Assembly (NCBI GenBank): GCA_951406725.2
Contig: OX597825.1
Location: 86,180,001 to 86,244,000, forward strand
Direction of reading: 5' to 3'
Source of the DNA: Octopus vulgaris
Taxonomy: Eukaryota
Length of the DNA: 64,000 nucleotides
This document shows, one piece after another, positions 51,591 to 64,000 of this stretch (its first letter is position 1; each line of letters begins with the position of its first letter). The notes beneath the pieces are model-generated. The model worked only from the letters and a program-made list of their open reading frames with translations. It had not been told where the DNA came from and searched no databases. Position numbers and translations under genes: made by a program.

Positions 51591-53144
51591 TTTTAAATAC
51601 AGATGGATGGCTGTGTGTTTATGAAGTTTGCTCTGTAACCATGGGAGTCTGGGTTCCAGTTCACTGTGTTGCCCCTAGAATAATGCTTGTCTTCTGCCAT
51701 AACTCTGGCTTGACCATTACCTTCTGTGTGAAGATCCATTGTACATGAATTTGTATACCTTTCTCGTTGCTATTTATATTACTACATCACTGATGTATCA
51801 TCATCGTCATCATTTAATGTCTGTTTTCCATGTTGGTATGGATTGGGCAGTTTGACAGGAGCTCATCCGAATTTCTTCACCAATCTATATTGATGTCTTC
51901 AGTGCTTTATGAGCCATGCCCCTTAAAATGTACCAAATTACTGAAAGCCACTCCTTTATTTCTCTCAATTCTTGTCAGAAATATAATGAATCATCTGACC
52001 ATTGAAGCTGCTTCTCAAAGATTGTTGTGTGGAGCAGTATTTGCCCCCCATAAAGAGGACGTTTGTGAGATTGAACAGAGATTCTGCATGCCTCTGGCCA
52101 TGAAGTGATATACCTGAGAGAAGGTTGAAGAAATATGTGCACACGGTCATATAGAAGTGTGTGTGGGTGTGTGCATGCATTTAGTACGTCGTTCTGTCCA
52201 TTTATTTATTGCTATATGTTTTGACTTCTGAAAATGTGTGTGTGGGTGTGTACTCTACGAATTTCTCAGTAAACTGGATTCTGAATTATCAGTTCGTTTT
52301 GAGGTTGTGGTGGTGGCGGGGCGGAGGTGGGGTGCTGTCTAGTAATTCCATAATATACTTTTGAAATGTGATCCCCTGCCACCTCTTTAGAGCCACCCTT
52401 GCCAAAGACTGGAATTAAATGATTAAGGGAAATACACGAGTCTACATGTTATATGTTTATAACTATACAGTCTACATCAATTAAATAGAATTATTAATTA
52501 AGTAAGTAGCTGTGTTAAATCAAATTAAATGTGAATTAAATTCATGTGGTTTCATGAATGAGTGTAATGGCTTTTTTTTTGGAAAGGGTTAATCTAGAAC
52601 AGGGGAGACTACTCATCACAGTTTCCACCCGTTTTGTACGTTTCTATGATTTAATTTGATTTCATTTTCTAGATGAATGCTTTCTTTGGTAAGATGTTAG
52701 GCAACAGCTTTGGTTGGCCTGAGTAGTTAGTTGCTGTTGATTTTGTGCTTTGTGATCCAGTTCTCTAAATGGCCGAATGGTCTGAGGAAAACCGTATAAC
52801 AATGGTTTCAGACTGGCAGTTGTCTTAATGCCCTACGTCTCTAGATTTTCATATAGCGTGCGTGTGTGTGTGTGTGTGTGTGTAGCATTGAGAACCATAA
52901 ACATATATCATCATCACTGTCACTTTAATATTTACTTTTCCATTCCTGTGTGAGTCAGAATTTGTGGAGGCAGATTTTTCTTCGGCCAGAGACCCTTCCT
53001 GTTGCCAACTTTCACCTGTTTCCAAATAAGGTAATATTTCTCCATGGCTGGACATGTTTTCATGGAAGACTGGATGTTTAGGACACCTTGTACAACAGTG
53101 GTGTCCAGTTACATTTGTAATGTTATCTCATATTCTTACTGGTG

Positions 53145-53480
53145 TCAGTCATTTGGCTGCAGCCATGCTGGAGTACCGTCTTCAGTCAAACAAATTGACC
53201 CCACGACTTATTCTTTGTAAGCCTAATACTTATTCTATCGGTTTCTTGTCAAACCGCTAAATTACAGGGATGTAAACACACCAACATCGGTTGTTGAGTG
53301 ATGGCGTGGAACAAACACACACACACACATACATGACAGGCTTCTTTCAGTTTCCATCTACTAAATCCACTCAGAAGGCTTTGGTTGGCCCGAGGTTATA
53401 GTAGAAGACATTTGCCCAAGATGCCACACAGTGGGACTGAACCTGGAACCATTTGGCTTGGAAGCAAGCTTCTTACCACA
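53145..53480 (-). mobile_element. SINE family C copy
   Basis: Reverse complement of the 45351-45705 family. Confidence 0.8.
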
Positions 53481-53721
53481 TCTTATATCTTTAATCTTTT
53501 ACTTGTTTCAGTCATTATACTCTGCGACAGAACCTTGAAGAATTTTAATTAAACCAGTTGGCCCCAGTACTTCTTTCCCTTTTTTTTTTTTTTTGTGAAA
53601 ACCTATTTCTTATTCTGTCAGTCTCTTTTGCCAAACTGCTAAGTTACAGGGACATAAAGACACCAACAAAATAACTAGTTATAAAATCTCAAGGAAAGAT
53701 ATAGTAGTAGCATATACTAAA

Positions 53722-54010
53722 CGGTAAAGCGAGTAACCACATCTAAGTGGCAGATTGATGTTACTACGAGTTTAACCCCATGCAGATTATCCACCAGCTG
53801 GTCTTCAGTGCAAGCTCTGCACCCTTTCTGTACAATACATCACTAGCCCCCTTTATGTACAATACATTGCTAGCAGCTCCCTCTGCTAGTGACATATTGT
53901 ATATAAAGGGTGCAGAGCTTGCACCGGAAACCAGCTGGCGGAGAGTCCGCCTGGGGTTAAACTAGTAGTAACAGTCATCTGCCACTTTGATGTAGCTAAT
54001 CACTTTACTA
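53722..54010. mobile_element. Foldback MITE-like element with ~120-bp inverted arms
   Basis: ACATCTAAGTGGCAGA..GTTACTACGAGTTTAACCCCA..CCAGCTGGT..GTGCAAGCTCTGCACCCTTT mirrored by AAAGGGTGCAGAGCTTGCAC..ACCAGCTGG..TGGGGTTAAACTAGTAGTAAC..TCTGCCACTTTGATGT. Confidence 0.85.
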
Positions 54011-56292
54011 CATAGATGTTTGTGTGTGTGAGAGAGAGAGAGAGAGAGAATCTCTGTTGATTCACCAGAAGCAGTAGATTACAGGACTCACTAGAAATGT
54101 AGAGTATTCTTTGAGATATTATAACTGAAAGGCTCCAATTTCCAGGACTCAGAGCCGCCCGTTTCCAATTATCAACTGATAAAACTGAGCCTGGTTTTCT
54201 TTTGAATACTCACTGTCTACCAAATCTACTGCTAAGGCCTTGGTTGGCCCATGGCTATAATAGAAGACATTTGCATAAAGTACCACACTGTGGAACTGAA
54301 CCTGAAACCCTGTGGTTAGGAAGCAAATTTCTTGTCACCCAAATCCACTCACAAAGCTTTGGTTGGTCCAAGGCTCTAGTATAAGGCACCTACTTGCCCT
54401 AAGTGCCACACAGTGGGATTGAACCCAAAGCCATTGACTTGTGAAGCAAACTTCTTAATTACAAATCCATGATGGTGTGTCTGTATGTAAAAGATTTTAT
54501 GTCTGTGTATATGTGTATGTATCTATGCGTATATACATGTGTGTGTATGTTGATAGATAGATAGATAGATGTGTGTATATAAATGTGTGTGTTTGTATAT
54601 AGATGTGTGTATATTGATGTGTGTGTATAGAGTGAAAGGGTGGTAGGATTTTGAGTGGAGCTGCATCAAATCTATTTAGAATTGGAATGTCTCCAGCCAG
54701 AGCTGAGAGGAAGGCCAATATTCTCCATTGCAGCTTTTCACACAGTGCTTTGGATGTGTTTACACCCATTCACCTGGAAATAGAATATTAAGCACTTTCC
54801 ATCAGGAGGGAAGCTGTTGGAGGTAAAGAATTTTTGCAGCGGAATAGAGAAGAGGGAGCAACGATATGGTGATGGTGAGGAGGAGGAGTAATGAAAGAAT
54901 CTGTGAGAGAGAGAGAGAGAGAGAGGAGAGAGATGTGTAGACTTGGTTTATTGCTTTATATTCTAGAAATTATGCTACTATGAATGTATCTGGTGATGGA
55001 AATAGAAGACAAAATGTGGAGAAGAAAGAGAAGACAGGAGTCTAACAGATAGAGAAGACAGAAGACAGGGGGGAGTGGGGGGAAAGAGGCAGACTGGGGG
55101 AGGAGGAGGAGATAAAGACTGAATTAAAAGGGGAAAAAAAAGACTAAAGGTGAGTGGAGGGGGTGTGAGTAAAGGAAACAGCAGACAGAAAGAGAAAAAG
55201 AAGACAGAAGGAGAGAGAGAGAGCCGATGATGAAGTGGGGAGGGGAGAATAGGGAGAAGCTGAGAGTGGAAGATGGTTGGCTGCTTTGAAAAGGAACTAA
55301 TTCATGTGTAACACAGAAATTACTAATGGGATTTTGCAATGAAAGTGAGGCATGTTGTGAGGGTTGTGGGGAGAGCGAGAGTGTGAGTCTTTGAATCAGA
55401 CTAGGTAAAGTGTCATATTCTTGTGAGGTTTCAGCCATGTGTCTGCAGGTCAGGATGGCTGTGTGTGTGTGTGTGTGTGGTTTATTGAAACTGAAGTCTT
55501 TTTCTCTACACCAGATATTGAGTCCTCTCTTCCCCTTTTGTTTGTTGTTGTTAAACTAACACTTCAGTGTTACTGTTTGTCAACATCCTCTTTACTCCTA
55601 TTCTTTTTCGTGTTGACATAGAGTTTCTCAGCACAACTAAATTATATGATTATTAATAAAAAGACATACCTTAAACAATTTAGATTATCCCCTCCCCCTC
55701 CAAATAATCCCACTGCGTTGTGCATTATTAATTAATCCATGTTGTCATTGCCCGCACTACTATATAAATGAGGCAGCCCCATTTAACTCCTCTACACTAT
55801 AAATAACTACAAACTTATAACCCCTTTGTGGAGATGGTATGCTTTTTCGGGTGAAGGAAGGTCTAATGAGATTAGAAACTAGTCAGATTGTTCTCTTTTT
55901 CTGTCCATTTAAAAATAAAACTTGTGATAAGACTAAATTGTATGCTTATTAAAAAGTACGTCTTACATTTCAAATATATGTGTGTTTGTTTACATCTGTG
56001 ATTGCTGGTACAGAAATGTAACAACAGGCAGTGCTGTTGTCAGTTTCTTCTATCAATAGATTGTCCAGTCACCTGATGCCTTGAAAGCCATGTGAAAAAA
56101 AAAAAAAAAGATTCCTTACTTGAAAAACAATGGTTAGTGTCAGGAAGGGCATCTGGCCGTAAAAAAAAACAATGCCTCAAATAACATTCCTCCAACCCAA
56201 GCAACCATGGAAAAACAGATGTAAAACAAGTGAATGAACAAATATCTATAAACACACCTGTATGCACGTATATGTGAATTTAATGCTATTTA

Positions 56293-56461
56293 CTCTTTAG
56301 AATTTAAACCAGCCACATCCAACCCAAATGGTTTCATATTCAAACTGGTCAGATCCAGCCTCTCACACCTACCCTAGAATGCCATTCTAAAAATAAGCAA
56401 CCACGCCATTGAAACCTTGAATAAGCCTTACATTTGACAGAGTGATCCGAATACTAAAGGG
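56293..56461. mobile_element. piggyBac-like MITE (second family)
   Basis: TTTA|CTCTTTAGAATT ... GAATACTAAAGGG|TTAA. Confidence 0.6.
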
Positions 56462-58066
56462 TTAATGTTTTGTTTTAACTGTTGCAAGTCAACACCTACA
56501 TGGAAAGTAGAAGGAAATTCTAAAGGGCCGATAGTTTGGGGATGAAAGGGCTGGACTTCAGTGGTTAGTGCAGGGCCAGTGGAGAAGTGGAAATGGTAGG
56601 GGACTAGTGAGGCTCTGAGAAACAGGGGTCATTGCAGTTATTAATATTGAGCAGGTTTACAGTTCAGCAAATTGTTGCTTGTCTATTATTGTATCTCACA
56701 CAATGCCTACCTTCTGTAACTTCCTCACTTGTGTGTATATGTATGTCTGCACATGTGCACACACACACACACACACAGTCTTGGTAACAAATACCATGCT
56801 TTCACTGATTGATACAGGCCCTTATGTTGTTGGAAGCAGACGTAGATACTCCCTCTCTCCTCACTTAGCAAAACATCATCCGGCTGAAGAGAGAGAGAGA
56901 GAGATGCACCCAGCTGGTATTCATTACAGCTGAGCAGGTCGAAGCAACATGAGATGAGGTGCCTTGCTCAAGGATGCAACATGCCACTCGGTCCAGGAAC
57001 TGAATGCATGGCCTTAAGATCATAAGCTAACACTTTAATCAGTAGACCTTAGTTGTGTGTGCGAGAGAGAGAGAGAGAGAGAGAAACAAGCAAACAGACA
57101 GATACACAAAGAGAAAGAAAGAACGGATTTCTCTAAATATTGTTATTAAAACTGTAATTAAATTATCAGTTAATCTCATTTACTGGCACCATTTAATATT
57201 TCTTTTAACAAAGTGGTCCATATAATTAAGCGAGTTAGTCCAGGGCCAATAAGCTATGGTTAAGCAATTACTTCCGCTAATGAAGACCAAGAAGACAGAA
57301 ACACTTCCAGTTGTCTCCCTTGCTTTCTTAACCAAACTGGAAAACAGCTAAACAAAGAATTATATTCTAATCTGCATTTGACCATACTGAGGCCCCATCC
57401 TACTGTACATTAGGTACAGTCCTTTCCTACCCATAGAATGCATTCCCTGTGGAGAGGGTCACTATCACAAGGTGGTCGTTCAACCTTCACTTTCTTATCA
57501 TCATCAGCAGCAGCAGCATGTATTTGTGGAAGTTGCTGCAGTATGGCCATAATGGATAAGAGCTCTTTTGTCTTTTATCTGTTACTCGTTTCATTCAGTA
57601 GACTGTGGCCATGCTGGAGCACCTCCTTGAAGAATGTTAGTCTAACAAATCAACCCCAGGACTTTTTTTTCTTGTACTTACTCTATCAGTTTCTTTTGTT
57701 GAACCACTAAGTTATTAAGCTTATTTAAAAAAAAAATGCTCCCTGTTCAAATCCCAGATTGGTCACCATTTTGATGCCATATTTCTGGATCTGTACTTTG
57801 TTTAAATTTAGATCACTTAAAAAGACCAAGTTTACACCTTTGAACCAGGGGTGTTCTCTGGACAGGCTGGTAATCCTTCCGTGTCTAAAGATGAGGATTT
57901 CAGTCCAATAATATATTTTCACTGATATAACGAACATGGTGCCACAGTTTGGCTAAGAAGTTCTAAGCCACCATTTGGTTCTGAGTTTGTTTCCAGGATA
58001 CAGAACTTTGGCAAAGTGTCCGTCTCGGGTTGACCAGTTTGTTGTGATAGAAATTTAGCAAAATCC

Positions 58067-58102
<36 letters not shown>

Positions 58103-58282
58103 CAGGCACATTGAAGATGTCCCAGCCTGGTTGTCCATAAGGATTGAAACTGATAAAACTTTAACAGTTGTATTGTTGTTGTTTGTGTGTTGCCATGGCA
58201 GTTGTTGCTGTGTTTATATGACTCGTTACTTTGTTGTTGCAATTCCTGCTTTCTTTATATTTCTACCATAATACAAAATGTG

Positions 58283-58313
<31 letters not shown>

Positions 58314-58453
58314 GGATTACTATAACAGAGCTATAGCAACATAACTCTTGTTAGGTTACTACAACACTACCATAACACAACGGTCTTGTTGTTGTTCTTA
58401 TAACAACCACTGAACTCTTCACTCCATTGTGGTTGTTATTTACGAAGACCAAA

Positions 58454-58690
58454 GGTGGCGAGCTGGCAGAATCGTTAGCACGCAGGGCGAAATGCGTAGC
58501 CATATTTCTTCTGTCATTACGTTCCGAGTTCCAATTCCGCCGAGGTCGACTTTGCCTTTCATCCTTTCGGGGTCGATAAATAAAAAGTACCAGTTTCGCA
58601 CTGGGGGGTTGATATAATCGACTTAATCCCTTTGTCTGTCCTTGTTTGTCCCCTCTGTGTTTAGCCCCCCCTGTGGGCAATGAAGAAATA
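58454..58690 (+). mobile_element. Full-length, young SINE family B
   Basis: A box TGGCAGAATCG, B-box-like GAGTTCCAATTCC, central GTCGACTTTGCCTTTCATCCTTTCGGGGTCGAT; CpGs largely intact. Confidence 0.9.
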
Positions 58691-59060
58691 TATTTACTTA
58701 GACCATGTTGCTACAACTAGAACACTGCTCAGCTACATGTACTGTGGCTGTCTCATATACTAATAACCTCTCTTGTTGCCATGCTGCTATAATTGCCTGT
58801 GCTGTTTCTATCTTGTTTCATGTAATATATATACATATATATATAGTTGTATACTATTAGTGTAACTAAGAGGGAAAGCTGTAGTGACTAAGCTATTCTA
58901 ATTGACTCCTATCATTCTTAGAAACCTATATCTTTCCCCCTGACTCTTGTTCTTCTAATGGAAACTGTAAATTATAACAGCTTCACAGACTCTTACTCCT
59001 CCTCCACTGCTTTCTCAACTATGCTTATGATGTCTGTCAGCAGAATATTTAAATTAGCCA

Positions 59061-59177
59061 AATAATGATGATAATAACGACAACAACAACAACAACAACA
59101 ATAAGTCATTCAGGAGGATCATCATCATCATCCTGAATGACTTATTGTTGTTGTTGTTGTTGTTGTCGTTATTATCA

Positions 59178-59185
<8 letters not shown>
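59061..59185. repeat. Perfect inverted repeat: 55-bp arms, 15-nt spacer
   Basis: 59061-59115 is the exact reverse complement of 59131-59185 (checked base by base, including seven CAA/TTG units). Confidence 0.95.
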
Positions 59186-59212
<27 letters not shown>

Positions 59213-62200
59213 TTGGAGTGATTAAGAAACTTAAGATATGATTTTATAGGATTACTACCACTGCAAATTCATTCAGATTCTTGTTCTAATATTCTCCCCT
59301 TTTTCTGTGTGTGTGTGTTGTGTGTGTTGTGTGTGTGTGTGTGTGTGTTATAGTACAAAAAGATAATAAAACAAGGCAAAGAATAAGATTCACAGTTTTT
59401 ATTTCTTTATGGAATGAACTTGGCTTATAGCATGGAGGACATTGTTACATTTAATCTGAGATATTCACTGTCGTCAGTTTGTGTTGTAGATAAAAATACA
59501 ATAGTTTTATGAGAAAATATTGAAGCAAGGCTGTGAACTATGTCACTGTTTCATTGAAAGCCACACTGCTGATGCCCTTTCTAACAGCAACCACCTCACT
59601 GGGTGTACTTGGGTGCATTTTGTCGTGGAATGAGTACTAAAGATGTTGCTATTTACCCTGCATTGCAAAATAGGGTCCTCGCTGCTTTACGATGTCCTCA
59701 TTCAAGAGACAAATAAAGTAAGTTGAAGGGAGGTTGATTGATTCACAGAAGATGTTGTTTATTAAGCTCCATCAACGAGATTCAGCTTTTTGCCGCTGGA
59801 AACGTCAATAAATGTTTTCAGATTAAGTGGAGTCTTTTACTCCTGTATACACACACACGCACACACACAAACATGGGTGTGTATGATGAGTGACTTGATG
59901 ACACTGGTATGTTTAAGAGAGAAAAGGTCCCAAATGGAGAAAGAATTGAATCAAAATTGTATGGTTTGGAAGGTAAGGGACAGAAAGCGGGGTCGAAAGT
60001 AAGTTTTTACATTGGTTTGGAAAACTGTGAAATGAACAAATTCTGGCAGTGAAGCAGTTGTAAGTGTTGTAGAAGAGGCCATGGTTGGATACAGCTTTGT
60101 GTCGTTCTAGTTACTGAGTGAATATATTTGCATATGTGTATGTCTGCAAAAGAGGAGTAAAATTGGTCAATTCTGTCTAATTTGAAATGATGACATTGAA
60201 ATAACTAATTAACGAATAACTGATGAATCAACAGTGTTTATTGTTCCTAAGTTCACGTGGGGCAGTTCATGTGGCGTTAGCAACTACTGGTGAGACTATA
60301 AAGGTACTGGGACCAGCTGTCCAGTTGGTCACTTCCTGTCTACAGTGAAGTTATATAAACAGGACAGACAGTGGTCACTTGTGTATTTACCTAATTTAAT
60401 TAAACTTTGTGCGAGTGTTGTAACTAAAATCTATAGATTTATTCCGTTGAAAAAGTTTAAAAGAATTGTTTGGTTAGTATTTTATTCCTTGTTAGTTGTA
60501 GGCAAACTTCAAGTGGTTACGATTGATATAGAGTCATTCACTGCCATACTCTAGCCTCTGCATCACAGATGTGCCATTCTTATTACACATACAGATAAGT
60601 CTTCACTGCATCCAATAAATGGTCATAATTGACATAGAGTTAACCGTGAACATTTTCCAACTTCTGTCCCATAGATATACAAATGTCTTCACCTCCAGCA
60701 GAGTAGTCTGTGCTTCTTGGAGCTGGCTGAACTCATAACCACCACCTGACTCAGTCATTCCTGCCCCAGAAACCAACCTTCTTTCTACTACAACTCATTG
60801 CCTCTCAATGTTTTGATACTACAGCTCTCATCTTGCAGTTGTTCAAGAATAGCATCAACCATATTGCTCTGGCTGCTTCTGCAAGACCTGTCAAGGCCAT
60901 GAGCACAATCCTTCCCTTACCATTTCCCAAAAAGTTTAGAGTTGCTTCATAGAAGTAGGTGGAGCAGCTACGGATAGAAAGTCGTTAATTTAGGCCTAAC
61001 ATGTTTAGCTTTAGTTCTACTCTAATTAAGCAGGACTATGATCTTTGGTACTTTCTCCTCTTCACAGACATGGTGTCTGTAGGACGACATTATCCAATGG
61101 CAAACTGTCGTTTGAAGAAGATTTTACTGCTATTTTTAACAGATCCAGTGACCTCCTAGAGGCTTTGTCACTGGTTTCAGTTTAATGAATGCGAATGGGT
61201 TAGAGATAAATTATGAAGTTAAGCTCCTTGAGGGGTGAACATTATATTAACTGCCAGGAGAGGAAGGTGTTAACCAAATTTGGAATTAATCTTAAGGCAC
61301 CTGTAAAATATCCAGTGTTAATTCAGCTAAATCATTAGACAGTCAATTAAGTAAGAAAATTGAGCTATTTTGCTGCTGATTGGAGATGGCTGTCAAATCA
61401 GCCATGATAACCTCAAGATAATATTGCGATAAGAGATAATACAATTAGTCTTTTCCTGTTGAATTCATTACAATAGTTGCTAACTATTGACTTGGATGAT
61501 AAAATAAAATAAATATTAGTTGAACCTCGGCTATTCTAGTAACAAAATTGTATTCAATGGAATAAGAGCGAGAACTGAGGTGGTGGTGGTGGTGGTGAGA
61601 AGAGAATAAATAAAGCCAAGCGAAACAAGGCAAACACTATAATTATCAGATTTAGATGCTATAAAGAAAGAAGCATCAAATACAAAAAAAAAGCACACAC
61701 ACCAAACAAGTATAAACAATCGACAAAAGGCAATATCAATAGATTGAACAGGAAAAATAAACTCCATTAATTTGCTGAAAAGGAAAACCAAATTGAGACA
61801 GTGTTGATTTGCAGGAATTGAAAATATCAAATAGAAATTCTTCATTCTGTCTCTCTTTCTTTCATTCTTCCTTCATACTTCTTTCTTTCCACTGCCTTCT
61901 TTCCTTTCTTTCTCTTTTTTTTTCCTCTCCTCCTTTTCTTTTGTCCTCTCCTCTCTTACTTTCTCTATTTCTGCCATGCACACTCTCTCTCTCTCTCTTT
62001 CCTTCCCCTCCTCTTTTTTCCTCAGTCAATTATTGTTTTTGGCTGCTATTCATAACACTAGAATCAGTCGGATGAGTGTTGTTGCCATTTGCTGCTAACA
62101 ATGTCTGATGGCTTTTGTAGACAAGGATCTCGGAAACCAGAACCTGCTATGACTTCCATTTCCATTCACCCTTCAATGATTTCAGGGTTACCAGTTTCTT

Positions 62201-62611
62201 TTTCCTAAGATTTTAACCATTCCGCTGAAAAGTTTCTTTTTTTTTTCTTTCTTTCTTTCTTGGCTCCTCCATCTATTTATGGATGACCTAACTTCATATC
62301 TATCTTTAGCAATTATTTTTCATTATATTAAAATCCATTCTGAGGTTTTGTGTGTCTGGCACAGGATTTTATTAACTTTATTAATAACTTTATGAGAAAC
62401 TTAAGCATTCTTTAATGCTTTATCCTCTTCCACCTTCTTTTTCCAATGATGACCACTCCTCCTCAATTTAAAAATTTTATCACTTGTTGCACCACTTGTT
62501 AATGTTCATCAATAACTTATAAGAATATTTTAATTTTTATTCATGTTATTGTTATTTAGCCCCAGGTAAATTCTGATTGAGCAAGCTGTGGCCAAAAGAC
62601 AGGCAAAATAC

Positions 62612-62836
62612 CTTTACCCACAAGGGGCTAAACATAGAGGGGACAAACAAGGACAGACATAGGTATTAAGTCGACTATATCGACTCCCAGTGCGTAACTG
62701 GTACTTATTTAATCGACCCCGAAAGGATGAAAGGCAAAGTCGACCTCGGCGGAATTTGAACTCAGAACATAACGGCAGACGAAATACCGCTAAGCATTTC
62801 GCCCGGCGTGCTAACGTTTCTGCCAGCTCTCCATCT
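62612..62836 (-). mobile_element. Full-length, young SINE family B (inverted relative to 58454-58690)
   Basis: Reverse complement aligns end to end with the 58454 copy, including a 45-nt identical run. Confidence 0.9.
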
Positions 62837-64000
62837 TTTGAAGTTATCCTCCATGTTGGCACTGTTGGCTATCCTCCATGTCCTCAATGGTAGTGGTGGT
62901 GGTTATGTTCCATGTTTGTAGTAGGAGCTGTACCTGCTGATATAAAAGAAAAGTGCCCATGTGGTGAGGAGTGCTTGTGTCTGCTATGTTTAGTGTGGTA
63001 TCAACCTATTTACAAATGTCATGGCAAACTGAGATTATTGGGGAATTCTGGTCCAATATATGATCACTTGGGGATTTGAACTCAGCACTGCAAGCTAACA
63101 AATTAGTTGCATCAAAGTGGACAGAACCAGTTGTCTTAGCTCCCTCTTTATAGCAAATTGGACTAAGCCAATTGGCAGGGGTTCTCAGCTACGGATACAA
63201 CACAGGGTTACAGGATGCAAACTTCTGACCATTTGGTTGATTGTCTGGTAGACTCACCACTCTGCCAGCCACACTGTATTGTTTAGACACTGGGATTCAG
63301 TTGTGTTTTACTTATCAATTCTGGGTTCAACTCCTGCTGGGGTCAACTTCTCTCTTCCTTCACCCAGGACAAAGTATCAATAACAGGTATCGAATTAATT
63401 CAATGAATTTTGTGCCTCTCCACAAAAACATTGTCAAAAGAAATTATTAATATTCTGGCCATTTTATTTATGCCACTTCTGCTGTTGAGAAAAGCATGAA
63501 CATCATAAAATCTTATTCTCTCTTTTTCTAAAAATTTGTTATTTTAAGCTGTAATTTTGGCAGAAGTGAAAGGTAATGGTGTCGCTAAAATACCACAAGA
63601 ACCAACTTCATTTTTTTTTTTTCCCTACCACGTCAGTAAAGTACCAGTCATGTACTGGGGTTGTTAATTCTGTAAACAGAAAATTCTTCCTAAAATAGTG
63701 GTCTTAGATAAGAAATCAATTTGTTAAGGGTGAACTAGGGTATGTAGAATAAAGTAACACAAGAAATTTTTTGCAATGGATCATCAAACCTTTAATTCAA
63801 TGCCATAATTATGGAGCTGTTTCACCTTTATACACACACACACACACACGTCATCCTTCTCTCTCTCTGTATTTCCCATGCTGGCATAGATTGAAAATGT
63901 GTGTTTGTATGATGTTTGCGTGTGCTTAAATCGACTTTATAAAGCATGAACAAATATGATGTCTATAACTGCAGGGGCATTGCTACTGGAAGTGTCTAAG

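Noticed and set aside
34562-64000. Downstream SET/AWS/Bromo/PHD/BAH exons
   Set aside because: None of the supplied ORFs shows these motifs; exons shorter than the track cutoff could have been missed.

Overview
AT-rich, microsatellite-dense animal genomic DNA. The SINE and MITE families look like those of octopus (coleoid cephalopod); this is an inference from recalled repeat sequences, not from a search. The window lies inside one large + strand gene, most likely the H3K36 methyltransferase ASH1L/Ash1. Two coding exons are visible and splice in frame: a giant 6,781-bp exon (23199-29979; polyQ, four AT-hook-type motifs, a DSGxxS degron, the ASH1L/SETBP1-type 'DPxFxAxL...P(S/T)IFR' block) and a 1,258-bp exon (33304-34561). 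The start codon and the AWS-SET/Bromo/PHD/BAH exons are not visible. The rest is intron filled with two mariner relics, a Tigger/pogo relic, a young non-autonomous Helitron, piggyBac- and hAT-like MITEs, Penelope, RTE and CR1/Jockey LINE fragments, and at least four SINE families. Most interesting non-coding signals: a tRNA-headed element carrying a Penelope-type hammerhead ribozyme with an inverted second tRNA head (about 14.2-14.5 kb), a perfect 55-bp-arm hairpin (59061-59185), a 40-nt repeat flanking the second exon with competing pairing options, and inverted young SINE pairs that could form ADAR substrates. Almost all short ORFs in the track are spurious.
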